A stretch of 64,000 nucleotides of DNA from contig CAZMLO010000006.1 of the NCBI GenBank assembly GCA_964567285.1, forward strand, positions 7,259-71,258, written 5' to 3'. The position numbers were made by a program, and so were the translations under genes. The notes below the pieces were generated by a model, which saw only the letters and a list, made by a program, of their open reading frames with translations, was not told the DNA's origin and did no database searches. Position 1 is the stretch's first letter, and the number at the start of each line of letters is the position of its first letter. The DNA comes from an uncultured Gammaproteobacteria bacterium. Its GTDB lineage: Bacteria > Pseudomonadota > Gammaproteobacteria > JAIEPX01. Of the stretch, positions 58,478 to 64,000 are shown in pieces.

Positions 58478-61400
58478 TTAAACTTTTTGGACATCAAAAT
58501 GAGCAAACAAATAATCTAACCAAAGGTTAGATAAAATCTCTTGCGTACTGTTTTGTGCCAATCGTTCACCTACATTATCGAGATCAACGATATCCATGGG
58601 TTGATCTTGCCAAGAACACGCGTATACCGCTTTGGTTCTTTGTCCTGTCAATGGGTTTATTTGCCACTGTAAACATTGGGCGCAAACCCCCTTAAGCATA
58701 CACTGCATGGGGCCATAAATTGAAGCAATAAATTGGGTTTTGGGTTCAAAGTGTGCTCTTAGGCTGTTTCGCCTAGCGTGTTGAACCATTTTAACGAGCT
58801 TCTGTGTTCCGATGACTAAAACACGGTGCACCTCATTCAGAGGGATATGCTTGTTAGCAGAACATTCATTCATCTCTTTCTGATCTAATCTGCCTTCAGC
58901 ATAGTCTAGCAACACATTGAGCAATTCCCCGGTGGCGCTCAAATCCTGTGGGCGACGTACTGGAATGGGATCACCGCGTTCAGTAATCCAAATAATCTTA
59001 TCGGCAGCGGCTTCAAGTTCGGATTGGCAATAGACTTCTTCGCTCTGACGAAATCCCGCCACGTACAAAACCCGATGTCCGGCAGCGCGCAAGGCAGGGC
59101 CTACTGCTTGAATATGAGCAGCTCCCATTCTTCCACCAATCACCATAACGGTTTCATGATCTTGAGGGATTGTCGTGCGAACGCCCGTGGGGCCCATAAT
59201 AGAAATCGGATCGCCCACTTTGAAGGTTGCAAAGAGTCGCGAACTGGCACCCTGTTCTAGCACCATCAAACTGATGTTCCCTGCTTCTTTGTCAACTTTA
59301 GAAGCAATCATGGCCATCGCTTCGGATTGTAATCGAGTATCACCCACAAGTGCTGCGGTAGTTTCAAAATTTTGAACACGATAAAATTGCCCGGGTCGAA
59401 AATTCCTAGCGGCCATGGGAGCATGAATATCCACTTCAATCACGGTACTTGTGTGACGTTGGATTTTGATAATTTTGGCTGTAAAGAGTTGCTCGATTTT
59501 CTGAGCAAATTCTTGGTAATCATTAGCTTGATGTTCAAGCTTAATGTTCTGTTTTAAGGACTTGATAATTTTAGGATAAATGCGTTGCGCAGAAGCAATT
59601 GCTTTTACCACACTACCATGGAAAACAGGATGTGTGTCACCTAAAAAAGAGACTCGGTAGGCATTTTCGTGTTGATAGCTCGTAAAAGGCCCAAAATGTT
59701 TTGTTTTGACGTGATCTTCTGAAGGAGCGCCGGCATCCTGTAATTGACCTTTTTCATTTTCATCATAAGCGCGATACTCCATTCCTTCACGATGAAAGGT
59801 GCCACGATGTTCAAATTCGTAGGCAATATTCGGTTTGGCGCCAGTGGCTACAAAAATGGCGCGAGCTGGTAATGTTATTTCAACCTTGTTTTCATTTTCT
59901 GTTTTTTCGCAGACTAAGGCTTGGACGTGGCCCGCATGATCCAAGCGTGCAGCTACGGGATTTAAGTGTGGAGCATAAAAAATACCCTCTTGTAAAGCTT
60001 TAGTGATTTCTTCGTGATTACGACGATAGGCCGGTGAGTCTTCCAGTGCACGACGATAAACAATTGTCACCCCGCCCCACTCTCGAATTAAACGAATAAA
60101 ATCGGGCTGACGATTTTCTGATTGTGCCCTTTCACGTTCATGCAGAACAGCCTCACCATGCGCGATAAATTCTTGGAGAATTTGTGCATCGATTCCCTGA
60201 AAATGTTTGAGCACGCTCTCAGTTCCGTATTGCTGCGCTAAAGTTTGATAGCGACTAAAAATCTTTTCTACTTGAGCAATATAATACGCTTGAACTTCGG
60301 TGGCTGTATCGACACCGGTTAATCCACCGCCAATAACCACAGCGGGAAGTCGCACTTGCAAATTAGCAAGGCTTGATTTTTTTGCAGCCCCTGTGAGTTG
60401 TAAAGCCATCAGAAAATCGTTGGCCTGACGCATCCCTGGCGCCATTGAACCTGGTATAGGTAATTCACGGGGTAAACCTGCGCCAACCGCAACGGCCAAA
60501 TGATCACATCCTAAATTCCAGACATCTTCAACAGTAAAAGTTCCGCCGAACCGAACACCGCCATAAACAGAAAAATAAGGTCGGCGCGCCAAACATAAAT
60601 AAATCAATTTAAGATAATTCTTATCCCAACGTACGGTGATGCCATATTCGGCGACTCCACCAAAACCAGCCATTATTCGTTCAGAAAGATCTTCTTTGAG
60701 CGAATTAAAATTGTGAATGGGTGTTTTTAATGAGTGCATATCGACGGGTTCAATTTTTAATCCATCAACACCCACGACTGTGCAGCCTTCCATGGTTAAA
60801 TGATGCGCCAAGCTAAATCCTGCAGGCCCCATGCCCATCACCATAATTTTCAAACCATTATAGGGTTTCAGAACCCATTGCTCTTGACGCAGGGGATTCC
60901 AGCGCGTTAAAAGATCGTAAATTTCAACACCCCAGGGCAGGGAAAGCACTTCTTTCAAAACCCGAGATTCAATTTGTGGAATATTAACGGGTTCTTGTTT
61001 TTGGTAAATGCAGGCTTTCATACAATCATTGCAAATTCGATGGCCCGTCGCTGCGCACATCGGATTATCCACCATCACCATCGCCAAAGCGCCGAGTACA
61101 TCGCCTTCACGATAGAGCGAATGCATTTCAGAAATTTTCTCTTCCAGCGGGCAGCCTGTCAGATATTCATCCAGAGGATTTTTTTTCAAACCTAATTCAG
61201 GTTCACGTTTTTTAACGGGAAATCCCTGCGAACAAAAATCACCTTCATTGTCATGACAATAAACGCAATAATGCACTTCATTCAAAACTTCGCGTTGAGA
61301 CATGCCTTCATCGGTCAGATGAAAACCATCCCGTTGACGCAAATGCGATGGCAAGCCTTGGCGTTGATTCGTGCTCGGATTAATCTCCGTCGGCACCAAG

Positions 61401-62014
61401 TGTTCATAATCCAATTTAGCCGGCAATTTAAAACTCACCCACCCCTTAACAGCCTCTTGCCCTTCCGGTGTAGAAAGCGCCAACACGCACCAGCTAATCA
61501 GCCGCTCGTTGGCGTCAGGTCTCCCGTTGACATTGTTTAGTACCTCTGCAGCAAATTGGGCTGTGGCAAGTTCAGGATCGTTGGAGCAAGTAACAGAGTC
61601 AACCGGAGGCCTTGCACCTATAATCCATTGATTTAACTCTGAAAAAGTCTCTTTGATCTCATGATTGGCTAAACGTCTTTTTGCCTCTCTCAGTACATAA
61701 TGTTCTTTGAACTGAAATATCACCTTATCGCGCAGAATCGTTTGGCTTAAGTGCTGGACAGGTTCAGAAATACTAAAAAATTGAGCCAAAAACTCACTCA
61801 AATACTGGGCTACGCGGATCAATAGCTCAGAGACCTGATTGCGCGATAATAACTGGGATTTGCGGCGATAATCTAACAAATGTTGATAAAGTGCCTGATC
61901 TTTTTCTTGTAAAAGGGACAAAAATTCCTGATCTAGACGAGCCAGATGCTGCGCATCAAAGAGTTCGGCAAATTGATAGCCGGGCAATTTTAATGTAGCA
62001 CTCAAGTCTGTCAT
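58478..62014 (-). CDS. 1178-aa oxidoreductase fusion. N-terminal domain of unknown function, then a GltD-like (glutamate synthase small-subunit-like) Fe-S/FAD/NAD(P) module, then a C-terminal PyrK/ferredoxin-reductase-like [2Fe-2S] module.
   Basis: Cys cluster CAATGHRICNDCMKAC. Two Rossmann motifs (MGMGPAGFSLA, VVIGGGLTGVD). C-terminal CMLKGVCAQC. FAD/NAD-binding segment. Confidence 0.7.
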   Translation of the reverse strand: MTDLSATLKLPGYQFAELFDAQHLARLDQEFLSLLQEKDQALYQHLLDYRRKSQLLSRNQVSELLIRVAQYLSEFLAQFFSISEPVQHLSQTILRDKVIFQFKEHYVLREAKRRLANHEIKETFSELNQWIIGARPPVDSVTCSNDPELATAQFAAEVLNNVNGRPDANERLISWCVLALSTPEGQEAVKGWVSFKLPAKLDYEHLVPTEINPSTNQRQGLPSHLRQRDGFHLTDEGMSQREVLNEVHYCVYCHDNEGDFCSQGFPVKKREPELGLKKNPLDEYLTGCPLEEKISEMHSLYREGDVLGALAMVMVDNPMCAATGHRICNDCMKACIYQKQEPVNIPQIESRVLKEVLSLPWGVEIYDLLTRWNPLRQEQWVLKPYNGLKIMVMGMGPAGFSLAHHLTMEGCTVVGVDGLKIEPVDMHSLKTPIHNFNSLKEDLSERIMAGFGGVAEYGITVRWDKNYLKLIYLCLARRPYFSVYGGVRFGGTFTVEDVWNLGCDHLAVAVGAGLPRELPIPGSMAPGMRQANDFLMALQLTGAAKKSSLANLQVRLPAVVIGGGLTGVDTATEVQAYYIAQVEKIFSRYQTLAQQYGTESVLKHFQGIDAQILQEFIAHGEAVLHERERAQSENRQPDFIRLIREWGGVTIVYRRALEDSPAYRRNHEEITKALQEGIFYAPHLNPVAARLDHAGHVQALVCEKTENENKVEITLPARAIFVATGAKPNIAYEFEHRGTFHREGMEYRAYDENEKGQLQDAGAPSEDHVKTKHFGPFTSYQHENAYRVSFLGDTHPVFHGSVVKAIASAQRIYPKIIKSLKQNIKLEHQANDYQEFAQKIEQLFTAKIIKIQRHTSTVIEVDIHAPMAARNFRPGQFYRVQNFETTAALVGDTRLQSEAMAMIASKVDKEAGNISLMVLEQGASSRLFATFKVGDPISIMGPTGVRTTIPQDHETVMVIGGRMGAAHIQAVGPALRAAGHRVLYVAGFRQSEEVYCQSELEAAADKIIWITERGDPIPVRRPQDLSATGELLNVLLDYAEGRLDQKEMNECSANKHIPLNEVHRVLVIGTQKLVKMVQHARRNSLRAHFEPKTQFIASIYGPMQCMLKGVCAQCLQWQINPLTGQRTKAVYACSWQDQPMDIVDLDNVGERLAQNSTQEILSNLWLDYLFAHFDVQKV

Positions 62015-62088
62015 GGGCTTTATCTTAGAGACAAAAACGGCTATTCTACGCTACAATTCATTGCACTGCTACTGAAAGGGCTAAGACT

Positions 62089-62265
62089 ATGATTCGTCGA
62101 AAGAAAATTGTTGATTATGTGTCTGAGGTTGATCGGATGTTCGAGACCTTTGATAAGACTCACCCCAAATCAGATTCCCAATTAGCGGAAATGAAAAAAT
62201 ACGAAAGAATCTATAAACTCCGTGATCAAGAATCGGAACAAAAAAACTTAGAAGATACAATCTAA
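62089..62265 (+). CDS. Small hypothetical protein (58 aa, basic/acidic helical)
   Basis: ATG with SD GAAAGGG 8 nt upstream. Below the ORF-track size cut-off. Convergent with grxD. Confidence 0.35.
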   Translation: MIRRKKIVDYVSEVDRMFETFDKTHPKSDSQLAEMKKYERIYKLRDQESEQKNLEDTI

Positions 62266-62267
62266 GA

Positions 62268-62606
62268 TTATGTGACCTTGGCTTTCGCTAGAATCTTGTG
62301 AAGTTCGCCGCTTTCATAGAGCGATTGCATGATATCGCTACCCCCGATGAGCTCCCCATTGACATACAGTTGAGGGATTGTGGGCCAATTTCCGTAGTCT
62401 TTGATACCCTGGCGCAAAACATCATCTTCTAGAATATTGACCCCTAAAAAGTCAGCACCACATTCTCGCAAGATATAAACCGCTTTACCGGAAAAACCAC
62501 ATTGTGGGAAGGCCGGAGTGCCTTTCATATAGAGCACGATGGGATTTTCAGCTAACTGCTTCTCAATTCTTTCACGGATTGACATAGTGACACCTCTTTT
62601 TTCCAA
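62268..62606 (-). CDS. grxD: Monothiol glutaredoxin Grx4 family
   Basis: CGFS active site (PQCGFSGKAV). 112 aa. Confidence 0.9.
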   Translation of the reverse strand: MEKRGVTMSIRERIEKQLAENPIVLYMKGTPAFPQCGFSGKAVYILRECGADFLGVNILEDDVLRQGIKDYGNWPTIPQLYVNGELIGGSDIMQSLYESGELHKILAKAKVT

Positions 62607-62893
62607 TTCTCTTAGTGTATCAGAATCAGCTTAAAAATGAAGTCGGTTGAATTACGCTTCACTTCTAGTGCTCGAGTAGCATGTTGAGAAAGTGGAACTT
62701 TAAGTGTGTTTCAAGGATAATAGGCTTCAACCGAGATCCTCTGACAGACTTTGCTCGCTCTGATTGCTCCACCAGCATTACTGACATGTTAGTGCCAGCT
62801 TTGAGTTAATCTTTACACAGGAAAAGGACTTATCGTAAATTACTACAGGGATTAGTCATCATCACGGTATTTAGTATCACGGAGGAAAGATTG

Positions 62894-64000
62894 ATGAAAG
62901 TGCAAACTGAGACCACCTTTTTGTCGGAGCTTAGTCTTGTGAGTATCAAGAACTACTCCGATGCCCTAATAATGACCCTTTTGCCGCATCTGGACAAGGT
63001 ACTCGGTGTCGCTGAGATGCATGAACCTCCGAACACTGTTGCTAGTCAGGCCATAGATAGAGCATCGGAGATAAAAGAAACCTCTGCTGTTCTCAGTTTT
63101 AATCAATCTAAGCCAGCTGAAAAAAAATCAGACCGCACTTATTCATTTAAGGAACGGCCTCTCGAAATAGTGCTCAAAACAATACCAGATGAAAAAACTA
63201 TCCAAAGCTTAATGCGTATAGTAGGCGAATATTCACCCACAACAATGTCTGCTGAAGAATCAAGTTTTCTAGAAAATTTCCTAGAGAAAAATCACTTATT
63301 CGATAAATTCAAATATCAACGATCAGGAATTAGAATAGTCGTTAATATTCCTAAGCAAACATTCAGGCCATTATATGGATTGCCATCCCGCTTTAACTAT
63401 TTTACTGGCAGAGAAATTGAATTGAGGGAACTTAAAAATAACACAGCAAAAGTACAGGTTATTTCAACAATTGAAACTGATATTCCAAAAAGTTCAGAAG
63501 GAGTAGTTCTAAATGCACAAATCTCGGGAACAGGAGGAATAGGAAAAACTCAATTAGTCAATTATTTTGTCAGAAAGCAGTTTAAGGATAAATACTATGA
63601 TTGGGTGATATGGTTGAGTGGTGGAGAAGATGATGTTATCGCAGAGAGTAATGTGAGATCTCAGTTGACATTATTAGGGCAATCATTAGGACTCGATGTT
63701 GAAATGAGTCAAAATGATTTGTGTCAGTTAATTTACGATCGATTATCACAAAAAGGCCGTGGTGTAGTGGTTGTCGACGATACACCGAAATACGCAATAA
63801 TCAAGCAATTTTTACCGGAGCAATTTGATCATGCTGAGATTGCTGTTTTATTGACAACCAGAAATAGTCTCAGTTTTGGTTCAGGCTTGAAGAAGATAAT
63901 TTTAGATGTTTTTACACTTGAAGATGCAAAAGCTTACATCTGTAAGATGATCGAAGGGACTTCTAGTGAAGATGCTGAAGAGTTGGCAAATACCTTAGAC
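62894..64000 (+). CDS. Partial CDS (5' part; continues past window end) encoding a STAND NTPase with an NB-ARC-type nucleotide-binding domain after a ~190-aa N-terminal region of unknown function
   Basis: I translated it by hand from the ATG at 62894 (SD GGAGGA upstream). The frame is open to the end of the window. Motifs in order: FTGREIELREL (pre-P-loop motif), ISGTGGIGKTQL (P-loop), GVVVVDDT (Walker B), VLLTTRN (RNBS-B-like). Confidence 0.6.
   Translation, partial: MKVQTETTFLSELSLVSIKNYSDALIMTLLPHLDKVLGVAEMHEPPNTVASQAIDRASEIKETSAVLSFNQSKPAEKKSDRTYSFKERPLEIVLKTIPDEKTIQSLMRIVGEYSPTTMSAEESSFLENFLEKNHLFDKFKYQRSGIRIVVNIPKQTFRPLYGLPSRFNYFTGREIELRELKNNTAKVQVISTIETDIPKSSEGVVLNAQISGTGGIGKTQLVNYFVRKQFKDKYYDWVIWLSGGEDDVIAESNVRSQLTLLGQSLGLDVEMSQNDLCQLIYDRLSQKGRGVVVVDDTPKYAIIKQFLPEQFDHAEIAVLLTTRNSLSFGSGLKKIILDVFTLEDAKAYICKMIEGTSSEDAEELANTLD

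Noticed and set aside
1-64000. IS elements, transposases, integrases, rRNA
   Set aside because: No transposase- or integrase-like ORFs and no rRNA-like stretches were seen in any frame. tRNAs were not found by eye, but I cannot exclude them without a covariance-model scan.

Overview
This 64-kb window looks like chromosome from a Legionellales-type gammaproteobacterium (Coxiella/Legionella-like). GC is roughly 42%, which I estimated by eye. A classic housekeeping syntenic block (fimV-like, truA, accD, folC, dedD, cvpA) sits among clusters of effector-like genes: an ankyrin-repeat protein, low-complexity coiled-coil proteins, a eukaryote-type 5'-nucleotidase, tandem paralogous giant membrane proteins, and Mip. 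Core metabolism is also present. There is a leucine-catabolism cluster (isovaleryl-CoA dehydrogenase, thiolase, methylcrotonyl-CoA carboxylase beta subunit, enoyl-CoA hydratase). There are pyrD, an AddAB-type helicase-nuclease, ppiB plus an Mla/Mce-type ABC transporter operon, rmuC, a 1641-aa NAD-specific glutamate dehydrogenase, a 1178-aa GltD/PyrK-like oxidoreductase fusion, and Grx4. An OmpR-family two-component system is present. The window ends inside an NB-ARC (STAND) NTPase gene. I found no rRNA, CRISPR array, IS element or transposase, and I cannot reliably exclude tRNAs by eye. The most interesting locus is a compact RiPP-type operon at 41356..43297, minus strand. It encodes a small Sec-signal, 6-Cys, Gly/Ser-rich precursor peptide, then an intrinsic attenuator hairpin, then a DUF692 (MbnB-like TIM-barrel) gene and a DUF2063 (MbnC-like) gene. 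That is the architecture of methanobactin/bufferin-type Cys-modifying metallophore systems. A divergent ABC exporter lies next to it. Other notable signals: three perfect DnaA 9-mers (TGTGGATAA) inside a repeated 16-mer, in the intergenic region downstream of the two-component system. A dispersed imperfect-palindromic REP/MITE-like repeat family (CTGGATCGCCACGCTGCGCTCGCGATGAC and its reverse-complement arm) occurs at six or more loci, and direct copies flank rmuC and a SPOR-domain gene. A 23-bp perfect inverted repeat lies upstream of miaE. An exact 54-bp in-frame tandem duplication sits inside the ankyrin gene. The AddA homologue lacks a nuclease domain.
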